From an uncultured Spirochaetota bacterium (lineage in GTDB: Bacteria; Spirochaetota; Brevinematia; Brevinematales; JAOACQ01): a stretch of 64,000 nucleotides of DNA. A program made the translations under genes and the position numbers. This document shows positions 50,173-60,101 of the stretch, piece by piece. The stretch spans positions 192,001-256,000 of the forward strand of contig CAVYGN010000002.1 of NCBI GenBank assembly GCA_963768055.1. Reading direction: 5' to 3'. Position 1 is the first letter of the stretch. Each line of letters starts with the position of its first letter. The notes under the pieces are model-generated. The model saw only the letters and a list, made by a program, of their open reading frames with translations. It was not told the origin of the DNA and made no database searches.

Positions 50173-51677
50173 GACACATCCCCGCTTCGATTTAAAAGAT
50201 ACTTCTCGACTTCTTCCCTGTCGCTGAAATGGCTTTTTGTCTTTCCGATGATCTGGTAATCTTCATGCCCCTTGCCGGCGATGACGACAATGTCACCCTT
50301 TCTTGCCCTGGCCATGGCAAGTTTAATGGCATTAGCCCTGTCCGCTTCCACGGTATAACTTCCGTTCCCGGACTCTTTCAAGCCTGTTTCGATTTCGCTT
50401 ATAATAGCCATGGGATCTTCAGTCCTCGGATTATCGGAAGTGACAAAATTAATATCTGAAAGTTTCCCGGCTATATTTCCCATCATCGGCCTCTTAGTTT
50501 TATCCCTGTCCCCCCCTGCCCCGAAAACCGTTATAATCCTTCCGCCGGATCCTAATGTCTGCCTGAGCGCGGTTAATATCTTTTCCAGCGCGTCAGGTTT
50601 ATGGGCATAATCGATAACAACCGAAAAGCCTTCCGGAGAAGGAAGGCATTCCATCCTCCCTTTTACTTTTATATTATAGATCAGTTCAGAAAATTTTGCC
50701 AGGGGAAAACCAAGTACGATTAAAATAATACTCGCCATGGTGAAATTATAAAGGTTTGGCATCCCGATCATCGATATACTGACCGGGATGCCATCGATCT
50801 CGAACCTGGAACCTGAGGGCGTCATTTTATCGATTCTGATCCGGTAATCGCTTTCTTTTCCTGAAAGCGAAAATTTTTTCACGATAATATTACCGAAACT
50901 GCCGAGATAAGCGGTAATTCTGTCGTATACGTTTATATCAGAATTTATTACCGCCGTAAGTTTCTCTTTCTTCGACCTGCCGAGCAGGTCGAAAATCTTC
51001 AGCTTTGCTTCCAGATAATTCTCCATTGTTCCATGAAAATCCAGGTGGTCCTGGGAAAGATTTGTGAAAGCGACGACATCGAAGTTTAATCCGGCCGCCC
51101 GCCCGAGAGAAAGGGCATGGCTGGAAACCTCCATCACACAGTAACGGAGCCCCTCATCCACCATTTTCGAAAACAAAAAATTTAAAAAAAGCACATCCGG
51201 CGTCGTGTTCTGTGCCGGGATTATTTCGCCGCCTACATGATATTCTATGGTTCCTATAAGACCGCATTTATACCCGAGGCCCTGGATTATGGATTTTACC
51301 GCAAAAGCGGTAGTTGTTTTCCCGCTGGTGCCTGTAATACCGATCAGGCAAAGCTTTGAGGTCGGATCGCCGTAAAAATTCGACGCCGAAATGGAGAGGG
51401 CTTCCGGTAAAACTCGCGCACCCATAAAATAAGCTTCCGGATATTTTAAAGTCAATTCGTTCAATTTGCCTTCCGAAACGATAAAGTGCCTGCAGCCGTT
51501 CCTGTAAGCGGAATCTATAAACGTATGAGCATCCTCGATATAGCCGGACGCGGCTATGAAAAGCGAAGAGGCGCCGGTCTTTCTCGAATCGTTTTCCAGG
51601 TTTTCAGCTTGAAAATCCGGATCATGACCCCGGGGTAAAACGAGGTCAATACCCCTGATTATATCTTTTAAAAGCAT
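50169..51677 (-). CDS. murE: UDP-N-acetylmuramoyl-L-alanyl-D-glutamate:diamino-acid ligase
   Basis: GITGTSGKTT, MEVSSH, FTNLSQDHLDFH, DYAH, DNPR, AGKGHE. Confidence 0.96.
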   Translation of the reverse strand: MLLKDIIRGIDLVLPRGHDPDFQAENLENDSRKTGASSLFIAASGYIEDAHTFIDSAYRNGCRHFIVSEGKLNELTLKYPEAYFMGARVLPEALSISASNFYGDPTSKLCLIGITGTSGKTTTAFAVKSIIQGLGYKCGLIGTIEYHVGGEIIPAQNTTPDVLFLNFLFSKMVDEGLRYCVMEVSSHALSLGRAAGLNFDVVAFTNLSQDHLDFHGTMENYLEAKLKIFDLLGRSKKEKLTAVINSDINVYDRITAYLGSFGNIIVKKFSLSGKESDYRIRIDKMTPSGSRFEIDGIPVSISMIGMPNLYNFTMASIILIVLGFPLAKFSELIYNIKVKGRMECLPSPEGFSVVIDYAHKPDALEKILTALRQTLGSGGRIITVFGAGGDRDKTKRPMMGNIAGKLSDINFVTSDNPRTEDPMAIISEIETGLKESGNGSYTVEADRANAIKLAMARARKGDIVVIAGKGHEDYQIIGKTKSHFSDREEVEKYLLNRSGDVS

Positions 51678-51699
51678 TTTGAACCTTCAGGAATAAAGA

Positions 51700-52023
51700 T
51701 CATGCTTCCTCAAAACTGCAGTGAAGGGGGAATTCTTTGGCCTTTGCCATGGTATGAACCTGAGCTATCTTAGTCAGCGCTATATCGTAAGTATAAATCC
51801 CGGCAACACCGAACCCTTCATTATGCACCTGGAGCATTATCCTCGTCGCTTCGGCGGCCGCCTTGTGAAAAACAGCAATTATAACCGAAACTACGAAATC
51901 CATCGTAGTATAATTGTCATTATGAATTATTACCTTATACAGTTTCGGTTCGATTATTCCCGGCCTGGGACGGAGCTGTAGTTCACCCCTTTCAAATGTT
52001 TTTATCTGCATGTCCTGAGACAT
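51700..52023 (-). CDS. clpS: ATP-dependent Clp protease adaptor ClpS
   Basis: YKVIIHNDNYTTMDFVV, MLQVH, FPL. Confidence 0.93.
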   Translation of the reverse strand: MSQDMQIKTFERGELQLRPRPGIIEPKLYKVIIHNDNYTTMDFVVSVIIAVFHKAAAEATRIMLQVHNEGFGVAGIYTYDIALTKIAQVHTMAKAKEFPLHCSFEEA

Positions 52024-52139
52024 CGGCTAACGCCCTCTATCAAATATTATATATAATATTATAATATAAAATTATATTAAAATGAAGAACATTACTCCCT
52101 TGTTTTAGTTATAATAAATTTTAAAATAATCGTCAATGG

Positions 52140-52583
52140 TCAGCCGTCTATAAAAACCGATTTTTTTATGGAACTCCCCAATATATAAACATCGGGGGTA
52201 TCCAGTTCCCGGGCCTTAAATTTTTTCATCAGGTCCAATTCCATCTTCGAAATATCGCGCCTGTACTTGAGGATCGCCAGGTAATCTTTTTTGAAATCAT
52301 CGGGGAGCCTTCGTATATCAACCCTGAAATTCTTCAGGGCCTTGCTTTTTTGCCCCATGCCCTCCCTCGACCTTACTAATTCAAGTACATCGGCCCGCGA
52401 CCGTTTGAACAGGGCGGCAAACTCTTTTCTATTTTTAACGGAACCCAGTTCCAAGAGGTAGGCTTCCTCAAAATCCCGCACCCGGGACAACTGTACCCTT
52501 AGCAGGGTCTTATCCTCCTCGTTAAGCCTGGAGCAGGAAACTAAAAATACAGTCATGAACAGTAAAATTATCAAACGTCCCAA
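52140..52583 (-). CDS. Hypothetical lipoprotein
   Basis: Lipobox LVSC; starts immediately after trpC. Confidence 0.65.
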   Translation of the reverse strand: MGRLIILLFMTVFLVSCSRLNEEDKTLLRVQLSRVRDFEEAYLLELGSVKNRKEFAALFKRSRADVLELVRSREGMGQKSKALKNFRVDIRRLPDDFKKDYLAILKYRRDISKMELDLMKKFKARELDTPDVYILGSSIKKSVFIDG

Positions 52584-52584
52584 A

Positions 52585-53385
52585 TCAAACCCTCCTTTCT
52601 TGTATTTTCCTCTTTGGAATATTTAGAAACTGCGATATGGCGGCTTTCCGGTCCCCCGCTTTCATAACGGCCCCTCCTACAAGCACTCCGTCCAATCCGG
52701 CTTCAGCAAGATTTACAGCGTCCGTACGGTTTTTGCAGCTTGATAATGAGAGCCTGACGGTCCCGGCCGGGATAAGACGGGATAAAATGACGGCATTCAG
52801 GGGATTTTCTTCAAGCGTATCCAGATTTCTATTGTTGATGCCTATGATCCCGGCTTTTAAATCGAGAGCCCTCCTTACGTTCTCCTGAAAGTGGGCTTCG
52901 ACAAGAGCGTCGAGGCCCTTAGAGAGTGCGTATCCGTAAAGATCGGCCAGCTTATCATCATCCAGGATTTCCGTTATCAGGAGAACAGCCGACGCTCCGT
53001 TTAATAGGGCCATATCGATCTGGACCCTGTCAACGATGAAATCTTTACAGAGAAGAGGCGATTTTACAGATCCGGAAATTTTTTTCAGGATATCGAAATT
53101 TCCATCGAAAAATTTTCTATCGGTCAGTACTGATATTGCGTTTACGCCGGCTTCATCGAAAATACCTGCGATTTCCACGGGGTCCTCCCCGCCCGCCGCC
53201 AAGGCCCCCTGCGAAGGGGACTTCATCTTTACCTCCGCGATGACCGCCAGGTTTGAAGAATTTTTAAGAGAATCGAGAAAAGAGGGCCCTTTATATTTCC
53301 CGCCATCCTTACTTCCCCTGAATGACGCTTTCAGATCTTCGATTTCATTCATTTTATTGCTTAGAATCTCCTCCAGTTTAGACAT
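52585..53385 (-). CDS. trpC: Indole-3-glycerol-phosphate synthase
   Basis: IAEVK..SPS.G, ISVLTD, LCKDFI, GINNRNL. Confidence 0.93.
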   Translation of the reverse strand: MSKLEEILSNKMNEIEDLKASFRGSKDGGKYKGPSFLDSLKNSSNLAVIAEVKMKSPSQGALAAGGEDPVEIAGIFDEAGVNAISVLTDRKFFDGNFDILKKISGSVKSPLLCKDFIVDRVQIDMALLNGASAVLLITEILDDDKLADLYGYALSKGLDALVEAHFQENVRRALDLKAGIIGINNRNLDTLEENPLNAVILSRLIPAGTVRLSLSSCKNRTDAVNLAEAGLDGVLVGGAVMKAGDRKAAISQFLNIPKRKIQERRV

Positions 53386-55009
53386 TCGAATTCCCCTGCC
53401 TGTCGTTCGAATAATAGATCAGGTCCTGCAAGGCTTTATACCCTTTTCCGCTGTCGATTGACTCTTCCGCCAGCCTGAAAGACTTCTCAAGCGACTCCCC
53501 CCTTGTAATATAGATAGCAAGGCCGGCGTTAAGAATAACGGCTTTCCTCGGGTCGCCCTTTTCATCGCCCCTGAGCACGTTAAGGATGATCTCCGCGCTT
53601 TTCTCAGGGCTGTCGACTTTAATGTTGTGCAATTTCCCGCCGAGGTTATAATCATGCGCCTCAAGGACGCTCTCACTGATCTTTCCATCTTTTATCTCCC
53701 TGATAAAAGTCCTGCCTTCTATACTGGCTTCGTCGATGCCGTTTTCTCCATGAAGGACTATGGAATGTTTATGTCCCATGCCGGCAAAAACAGGGGGTAT
53801 AAGTTCTAGCAGCTGCTTTGAATATACGCCCATTACATGATGCTTCACCCCGGCGGGATTTACGATCGGGCCAAGTATATTGAACAGAGTCCTGACCCCG
53901 ATCTCCCTCCTCACGGGTATGACGTATTTCATGGCAGGATGGTAGAGCGGCGCAAAGAGGAACGCTATCCCCGCATTTTCCAGGCACTTCTTAGCCTCGA
54001 GACTTGAAAGCTGGATATTCACTCCAAGCTTTTCCAGGACATCCGCGGCGCCGCTTTTGCTGGTGACCGAGCGGTTGCCATGCTTTGCGACATAAACCCC
54101 GGCTCCGGCGACTACAAAGGAACTGGCGGTGGAAATATTAAATGTCCCGGACTGGTCGCCCCCGCTCCCGCAGGTATCGACTACAGGCGTTTTATCCGTA
54201 TCGACCTTTACGCAAACCCCGAACATCGACTCGGCGCTCCCCGAGATCTCCTCGGAAGTCTCGCCTTTCATCATCAGCCCCATCAGGTAAGCCCCGACCT
54301 GAGAGTGAGTTGCATGCCCTTTCATTATATAATCCATCATCTCTTTAGCCTCTTCCCTGGAGAGGCCCTCCCGCTCCCCGGCTTTTCTTATCATTGACTT
54401 TACGCGGGAGGTTATCCTGTCGCTTTGCCTGATTTCAGTTTTTTTAGAAACCAGGTTCACAAAATTTTTGATAATAATCTTTCCTTCTTCCGTAAGAATG
54501 GATTCGGGATGAAACTGGATGCCGTATATGTCTTTTCCCTTTACTTTTATGCCCATTATCTCGCCGTCATCGCTCTCGGCCGTAACTTCAAGCTGTGCGG
54601 GAAGATTTTCCTTTTTCGCCACAAGAGAATGGTAGCGGATCCCGGAAATCGGCACGCTGACTCCCTCGAAGATGTCCTTGCCGTTGTGATGGATCAGGGA
54701 CGGCTTTCCATGAAGAATATTCTTCGCCCCTACGACTTCGCCTCCGTAGGCATAGGCTATCCCCTGGTGGCCGAGACAGACACCCAGGAGCGGAATATCG
54801 TTCGCGTTTTTAATAAGTTCCATCGAAACGCGGGAATCCTCAGGCCTTCCCGGGCCGGGCGATATGATGATCCCGTCCGGACCGAGAGCGAGCGCTTCGT
54901 CGAGGGTGATCTTGTCATTCCTGAAGACCCTGATATCGCTGTAATATTCGCCTACATACTGCACTATGTTGTAGATAAAAGAATCGTAATTGTCGATTAC
55001 AAGTATCAT
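53378..55009 (-). CDS. trpD: Bifunctional anthranilate synthase component II / anthranilate phosphoribosyltransferase (TrpG-TrpD fusion)
   Basis: IDNYDSF, SPGPG, GVCLGHQ, QFHPES followed by DTCGSGGD, NIST, KHGNR. Confidence 0.94.
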   Translation of the reverse strand: MILVIDNYDSFIYNIVQYVGEYYSDIRVFRNDKITLDEALALGPDGIIISPGPGRPEDSRVSMELIKNANDIPLLGVCLGHQGIAYAYGGEVVGAKNILHGKPSLIHHNGKDIFEGVSVPISGIRYHSLVAKKENLPAQLEVTAESDDGEIMGIKVKGKDIYGIQFHPESILTEEGKIIIKNFVNLVSKKTEIRQSDRITSRVKSMIRKAGEREGLSREEAKEMMDYIMKGHATHSQVGAYLMGLMMKGETSEEISGSAESMFGVCVKVDTDKTPVVDTCGSGGDQSGTFNISTASSFVVAGAGVYVAKHGNRSVTSKSGAADVLEKLGVNIQLSSLEAKKCLENAGIAFLFAPLYHPAMKYVIPVRREIGVRTLFNILGPIVNPAGVKHHVMGVYSKQLLELIPPVFAGMGHKHSIVLHGENGIDEASIEGRTFIREIKDGKISESVLEAHDYNLGGKLHNIKVDSPEKSAEIILNVLRGDEKGDPRKAVILNAGLAIYITRGESLEKSFRLAEESIDSGKGYKALQDLIYYSNDRQGNSNV

Positions 55010-55695
55010 ATTTTCCTCCTCTTTATAACAAGCATCCGGTTCCCATGTTTCTGGAATTCGTAGTTGACAGGCTCTATGGACACGATTTTACCTTCGCTTC
55101 TGCAAATATCGATGACCCCGTCAAGGTAGGGCGATTTCATGCCGCTATAGTCCAGAAGCGGGAATATGCGGATCTCGTCGGCCACCCTGCACATCTCGCG
55201 GACCGCGGCAATATGAAAATCCAGTGTAAGATTATAAGTATACAGGAATAATAAATGGGAACAAAGGGCAAGGTCGAATTCCTGTTCTGAAAAAGGAAGT
55301 TCGGGCAGTTCCGCTTCAACGTATCTTCGTTCGCTTTTACCCTTTTCATAATCCTCAAGGAAAGCTCTCATTGCCTTCATCCTCAATTCTCCGAGTTCCC
55401 TGATAGAGGGTATATCCCTCCAGATGAATCTTCCCCTGTTCCTGTATGTCTGGGATATTACATCCTCGAATGTTTCGGCTATCCGGGCTTCGATCTCCAC
55501 CGACGAAAACCCGTAAAGAGGGTCCGCCGAGATAATCTTCAAACCGTTCCGCGCCATTACGGAATTGAAGCTCGCCGGCCCGTCTCCGCACCCCAGGATC
55601 CTGCCGCGAAGTTCGTTTTCGGTAAGCCTGAACATCCGCACATATTCCTCGTACGACCTTCCCCATGGAACAACATTCTTATAATGTATCGCCAT
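55006..55695 (-). CDS. Class I SAM-dependent methyltransferase-like protein
   Basis: ILGCGDGPASF, LPF...FDLALCSH.LFLY. Confidence 0.75.
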   Translation of the reverse strand: MAIHYKNVVPWGRSYEEYVRMFRLTENELRGRILGCGDGPASFNSVMARNGLKIISADPLYGFSSVEIEARIAETFEDVISQTYRNRGRFIWRDIPSIRELGELRMKAMRAFLEDYEKGKSERRYVEAELPELPFSEQEFDLALCSHLLFLYTYNLTLDFHIAAVREMCRVADEIRIFPLLDYSGMKSPYLDGVIDICRSEGKIVSIEPVNYEFQKHGNRMLVIKRRKI

Positions 55696-55716
55696 TGCCG
55701 CCTCCGGAAATTTTAA

Positions 55717-57138
55717 TTACAAGAGCGCCTTCATGAGCGCCCTGGCTTTATTTATCGTTTCCTCGTATTCCTTTTCCGGCACTGAATCGTATACAATGCC
55801 GGCTCCCGCCTGGAGATAGACCGTTTTATCCTTGCAGATCATTGTCCTTATCGCTATACAGGTGTCAAGGTTTCCCCTGAAATCGATATAACCGATGGCC
55901 CCTGCATAAACTCCCCTTCTCTCGGGTTCGAGTTCCTCTATGATCTCCATCGCCCTCACCTTGGGCGCACCCGAAACCGTTCCGGCAGGAAACGTCGCCG
56001 AGACGATATCAAGGACATGAGTATTATCCGAAGGTTTCCCCGTAACGTCGGAAACTATATGCATCACATGGGAATACCTCTCGATGTGAAACATATTGGA
56101 TACTTTGACGGAGCCGTATTCGGAGATCCTTCCTACATCGTTACGGGCAAGGTCGAGAAGCATCGTATGCTCGGCAAGTTCCTTTTTATCCGCCAAAAGC
56201 TCCTTTTCTATCTCGTTGTCCTCCATTATATCCTTTCCCCTGGGCCTTGTCCCCGCGATAGGCCGCTCCAGGACCTCGTCCTTTTCTTTTGTCTTTACCC
56301 TCTTGACCATCACTTCAGGCGAGGAGCCTACGATCTGGAAATCATCAAGGTCGATATAAAACATGTAGGGAGAGGGATTGATCATCCTGAGTTTTCTATA
56401 AATATCGAACGGGGGGGCCTCGGTTTTCATACTGAGTCTCTGTGAAAGCACCACCTGGAAAATATCGCCCGCAACTATATATTCCTTGGCCTTTTCCACC
56501 GCTTTTAAGAAATTCTCTTTTTTAAAATTGCTCGAAAGGTTTATCCTTCCCGACCCTGAGAGCGCGATACGCTCCGGGGGTTTTGCATTATTCAGCAGGT
56601 CTTCATACTCGGCAATAATTTGCAAAGCATTCTCAGTACCCTCGTCGGAAAAGACCGGCGCCATCAGCACCATTTTCTGATTGATATGGTCGAAGGCGAT
56701 AAGGATCTTCGGGAAGAACATGCAGATATCCGGAAGATCGAGCCTGTCCGGGTTAGTATCGGGTATCTTTTCATAATACCTTATAGAATCATATCCGAAA
56801 TAACCTACAAGGCCGGTGTTAAACGGCGGCAGGTCTTCATGACTGTCCGCCTCGAAACTGTCGATGATATTTTTCAGTTCAAGGGCAGGGTTTTCGCTTT
56901 CGAACTCTTCTACATTTCCGCGATTGACAATTTTAACCCTGTTTTTTTTCGCGGTAAACTCGAGTTCGGGCTCGAACCCGATAAAAGAATAGCGGCCTAT
57001 CTTTTCACCCATTTCGACGCTCTCGAAAAGAAAACCCTTCGTTCCCGGCTTCTTCAGCGCCAGAAAGGCTGAAACAGGTGTCTCGATATCAGCCGATATC
57101 TCCTTGTAAACCGGATGAATTTTAAACTTATCAGGCAT
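55717..57138 (-). CDS. trpE: Anthranilate synthase component I
   Basis: FLFES, GRYS, FQVVLSQR, NPSPYM, EHTMLLDLARND, FPAGTVSGAPK. Confidence 0.95.
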   Translation of the reverse strand: MPDKFKIHPVYKEISADIETPVSAFLALKKPGTKGFLFESVEMGEKIGRYSFIGFEPELEFTAKKNRVKIVNRGNVEEFESENPALELKNIIDSFEADSHEDLPPFNTGLVGYFGYDSIRYYEKIPDTNPDRLDLPDICMFFPKILIAFDHINQKMVLMAPVFSDEGTENALQIIAEYEDLLNNAKPPERIALSGSGRINLSSNFKKENFLKAVEKAKEYIVAGDIFQVVLSQRLSMKTEAPPFDIYRKLRMINPSPYMFYIDLDDFQIVGSSPEVMVKRVKTKEKDEVLERPIAGTRPRGKDIMEDNEIEKELLADKKELAEHTMLLDLARNDVGRISEYGSVKVSNMFHIERYSHVMHIVSDVTGKPSDNTHVLDIVSATFPAGTVSGAPKVRAMEIIEELEPERRGVYAGAIGYIDFRGNLDTCIAIRTMICKDKTVYLQAGAGIVYDSVPEKEYEETINKARALMKALL

Positions 57139-57210
57139 TCGATCCTCCTATAATAATAAATGAGCCCATAAGGGCCAAAAGAGCGCCTAAGGGCCCTGCC
57201 GGGCACGCAT

Positions 57211-57245
57211 AAAAAAACCCGCAGGTGTCATACCTGCGGGTTTTT
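57211..57245 (-). terminator. Attenuator terminator of the trp leader
   Basis: CCCGCAGGT-N5-ACCTGCGGG plus U7 on the minus strand, between the leader ORF and trpE. Confidence 0.85.
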
Positions 57246-57288
57246 ATTATAATTTTATAATGCGGCCATTACGCCGCTAAACGCCCCG

Positions 57289-57363
57289 TCAATACTTATC
57301 ACCTGAAAATGACAATTTAACGCGCCACCACCAGTTATTCGCAAAAAAGAAGGGGAGTTTCAT
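57289..57363 (-). CDS. trpL: trp operon leader peptide MKLPFFFANNWWWRVKLSFSGDKY
   Basis: GGAG RBS, three tandem TGG codons, located upstream of the terminator and trpE. Confidence 0.85.
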   Translation of the reverse strand: MKLPFFFANNWWWRVKLSFSGDKY

Positions 57364-57391
57364 GGGTGAATCTCCAAAATTATTTCGCATA

Positions 57392-57420
57392 AGGTTAACT
57401 TGAATATTTTTTTTTGTCAA
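57392..57420 (-). promoter_or_regulatory. trp promoter (sigma70-type)
   Basis: TTGACA-17nt-TAACCT. Confidence 0.65.
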
Positions 57421-57550
57421 ATGAAAAGGAAATATTTTTGGAAATAAAACCGAGTCTGACCGAGGCCGCAAAAATGGTCAGTGAAATTTTGATAAATCTA
57501 TCGGATCGGATTAGAATAATTGCAAAATCGATATCTATGGGGGAAAAACA

Positions 57551-58084
57551 TTGAAAAAAGCTGTTATCTGCAAATCGACATCCGGTTTTACAAGAAAATA
57601 TGCGGAATGGATCGCTGAAGAATTAAAAGCCGATCTATTTGAAAGTAATAGAATTAAAATAGGGCGTTTATCCGCATATGATTTTATCATTTTCGGCGGC
57701 AGCCTGCATGCCGCAGGAATAAGCGGCGTAAAACTGATTAAAAATAATATAAATAAATTGGCGGGAAAAAACATTATCGTTTTTGCAACGGGAGCTTCCC
57801 CGGTAAAAGAAGGTTTGGAAAGCGAGATCATAAACAATAATTTTACAGTTGACATGCAAAAGAAATTACGTTTTTTTTACTTCAGGGGAGGATTTGATTT
57901 TAAAAGACTGGATTTCTTTAACAAGGTCCTTATGACCCTTTTTAAATGGAAGCTTTTAATAAAAAAAAGCCCGACACAGGATGAAAAAGGGATGCTGGCC
58001 GCTTATTCAAAACCGATGGACTTTACGAAGAAAGAGCATATATATAGGCTGATCGAATACATAAATTCTTTATCAAATCCATAA
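57551..58084 (+). CDS. Flavodoxin-domain protein
   Basis: KSTSGFTRKYAEWI, IFGGSLHA, FYFRGG. Confidence 0.85.
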   Translation: MKKAVICKSTSGFTRKYAEWIAEELKADLFESNRIKIGRLSAYDFIIFGGSLHAAGISGVKLIKNNINKLAGKNIIVFATGASPVKEGLESEIINNNFTVDMQKKLRFFYFRGGFDFKRLDFFNKVLMTLFKWKLLIKKSPTQDEKGMLAAYSKPMDFTKKEHIYRLIEYINSLSNP

Positions 58085-58150
58085 ATTTGAATTTACTTTT
58101 GCAGAAGCTATTTGCAGTTTATCGGCAGGCTTTTCATTCAATGGCGGCGG

Positions 58151-58891
58151 TCAGCTTTTGTCCTCTTCCATCGAGCTTGAAATTTTTTTAAAAATATACT
58201 GGGAGATCGTTTCCCTTATTTCTTTTGTCATGCCCTCGAACAGGAACGCGCAGAATTTTTTCTGGTAAGCGACCACTATCCCGTCTATAAATACGTCCTT
58301 GCCTTCCAGGATGAACTGCATATTTTTTATCTCGGAGCCGATGGCAATAGAATCGGGAGGAAACGTCCCGGCCAATTCGACCGCGATGCCCCCGAAGCTG
58401 ATATCTTTAATCTGCCCGATAATGAGCTGCGAATTCACGGGAGACCTGAATTTAATGCCGATCCTGTCGTTGGGGTCGATCTTGATCCTTACATGCTTGC
58501 GTTCCGGGGGAACTCCGCGGACCTTTTGATAAACATCCATGATATATTTGTAGATGGTATTTTCCTCGGCATTGCTTTTGATAAACCCTATTACCCCGCA
58601 CTGGATCGCGTTTGCAATTTCCTGCTTATCAATAGCGCCTATGAGAAGAATTACGGCAGTATTCTTAACATTTTCGGAGGTATGATTTTTTATCTGTTTT
58701 ACAAGTTCGAAAACACCCTCAAAATCCTCCTGGATAGCGTCCAAAACCAAAATTTCAGGCTGAAGCTGTTGAATTTTATTGATAACATTATCGGAATGCT
58801 CTGTGTGAAAAAGGGTTATTCCCGCAGGGATCAGAGAATTGACAAATATATTCCTTGCATAATTGGATTGAGTACAAATTAAAACATACAT
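58151..58891 (-). CDS. Receiver-like domain plus PilZ domain protein
   Basis: REC-like beta/alpha N-half; RKHVR (RxxxR) and DISFGG (DxSxxG) c-di-GMP motifs. Confidence 0.8.
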   Translation of the reverse strand: MYVLICTQSNYARNIFVNSLIPAGITLFHTEHSDNVINKIQQLQPEILVLDAIQEDFEGVFELVKQIKNHTSENVKNTAVILLIGAIDKQEIANAIQCGVIGFIKSNAEENTIYKYIMDVYQKVRGVPPERKHVRIKIDPNDRIGIKFRSPVNSQLIIGQIKDISFGGIAVELAGTFPPDSIAIGSEIKNMQFILEGKDVFIDGIVVAYQKKFCAFLFEGMTKEIRETISQYIFKKISSSMEEDKS

Positions 58892-59196
58892 TGCGTTTCT
58901 CCAACAATATCTTACAATCAATCGAGGATTTTAGTCAATATAAAACCTGCTATGCGAGTCAATTTTGAGATCGACCCAGCCTGGGCAGATATTAAAGCGG
59001 AAATACTATTCCAGAATGAGAGACTGCTCCGGACATTAACAAAACTGGAAAAAGCCGGCAGCATAGATATGGAAAGGATATTCATATTGACCCTTTTATG
59101 ATTTCTCTCTAGAATCAAGAATAGATTTTTCAGTCTTTTGTGTAACTACCCAATTGATCTACTTTTTTCTCAAATAATAAAACAGGAGACTATAAA

Positions 59197-60000
59197 ATGC
59201 GAATTCTGATCGCCATTTTATTCGCCCTGTCGTTCGCTTCCTGCAGCGATAAGGAAATTGTGAACATGTTCTCTTTTATACCGGATAAAAACATACCCAT
59301 AGCGGAAAAGGACCTGCCGGGATATATCCATCTCGTAAAATTCAAAACAATCGATGATCTCATGATCCAGGGACTGTATTATTTGCATGATAAAGCCGGT
59401 TTCCGTCCGAAATTGATCATTTATTTCCATGGCAATTCTGAAAATATGTATCATAAAATTAAGGAAGGGGACCGTTTATTTCAAATGGGATACGACGTTC
59501 TTATAGTAAGTTACAGGGGCTATGCCGGAAGCCGGGGAACACCCTCGGAAAAAGGCATATACACCGATGGAAAATCGGCATTGCAGTACGCGGAAATGAC
59601 ATTGAAGTACAGGATCGATAATATCGTTATTTTCGGCTTTTCGATAGGCACGACAGTGGCCGTGGATGTTTCTCAGGGTCAGAATATATCGAAATTGATC
59701 CTGGTGGCTCCGTTATCCACGGGGATCGAATTCGCCAGGGCAAGGGGCCTGGGCCTTTTTGTCCCCCTGATGGGCTCGCCATACGAGTCCCTCGATAAAA
59801 TCGACAATGTTAAATGCCCGCTTTTAATAATACATGGCACTAAAGACGATGTGATACCTTATAATCTGGGTAAGAGGCTCTATGAAAAATTCAACGGTAA
59901 AAAAACGATGGTGGCTATTACTAACGGGAGGCATGACAACCTGGCGATTAATTACCCTGATATTTACTGGCCCTCGATAAAGAGGTTCCTGACGGAATAA
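59197..60000 (+). CDS. Alpha/beta hydrolase lipoprotein
   Basis: Lipobox FASC; YFHGN, YRGY, GFSIG nucleophile, IHGTKD, H. Confidence 0.9.
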   Translation: MRILIAILFALSFASCSDKEIVNMFSFIPDKNIPIAEKDLPGYIHLVKFKTIDDLMIQGLYYLHDKAGFRPKLIIYFHGNSENMYHKIKEGDRLFQMGYDVLIVSYRGYAGSRGTPSEKGIYTDGKSALQYAEMTLKYRIDNIVIFGFSIGTTVAVDVSQGQNISKLILVAPLSTGIEFARARGLGLFVPLMGSPYESLDKIDNVKCPLLIIHGTKDDVIPYNLGKRLYEKFNGKKTMVAITNGRHDNLAINYPDIYWPSIKRFLTE

Positions 60001-60041
60001 GTGCTTGATCCATCAGATCCGGTTGTAAAAAAAGGAACCTA

Positions 60042-60085
60042 TTGACAAATACCTGATTATATATTATACTACTGAACATTCAGTA
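60042..60085 (+). promoter_or_regulatory. Promoter with a palindromic operator, probably for the TetR regulator
   Basis: TTGACA-17nt-TATACT immediately followed by TACTGAA-CA-TTCAGTA. Confidence 0.75.
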
Positions 60086-60101
60086 CTAATATGGATAACA
60101 A

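Noticed and set aside
51700..52023. clpS without adjacent clpA, and phoH plus 7TM-HD without ybeY
   Set aside because: Gene-order variation only; the partners may lie elsewhere in the genome.
54425..57072. Long antisense ORFs over the trp genes (and over pyk, dus and others)
   Set aside because: Shadow frames of well-supported genes.
58952..59101. 49-codon ORF MRVNFEIDPAW...
   Set aside because: It looks protein-like but has no clear RBS or motif; it may be a remnant and is not supportable.
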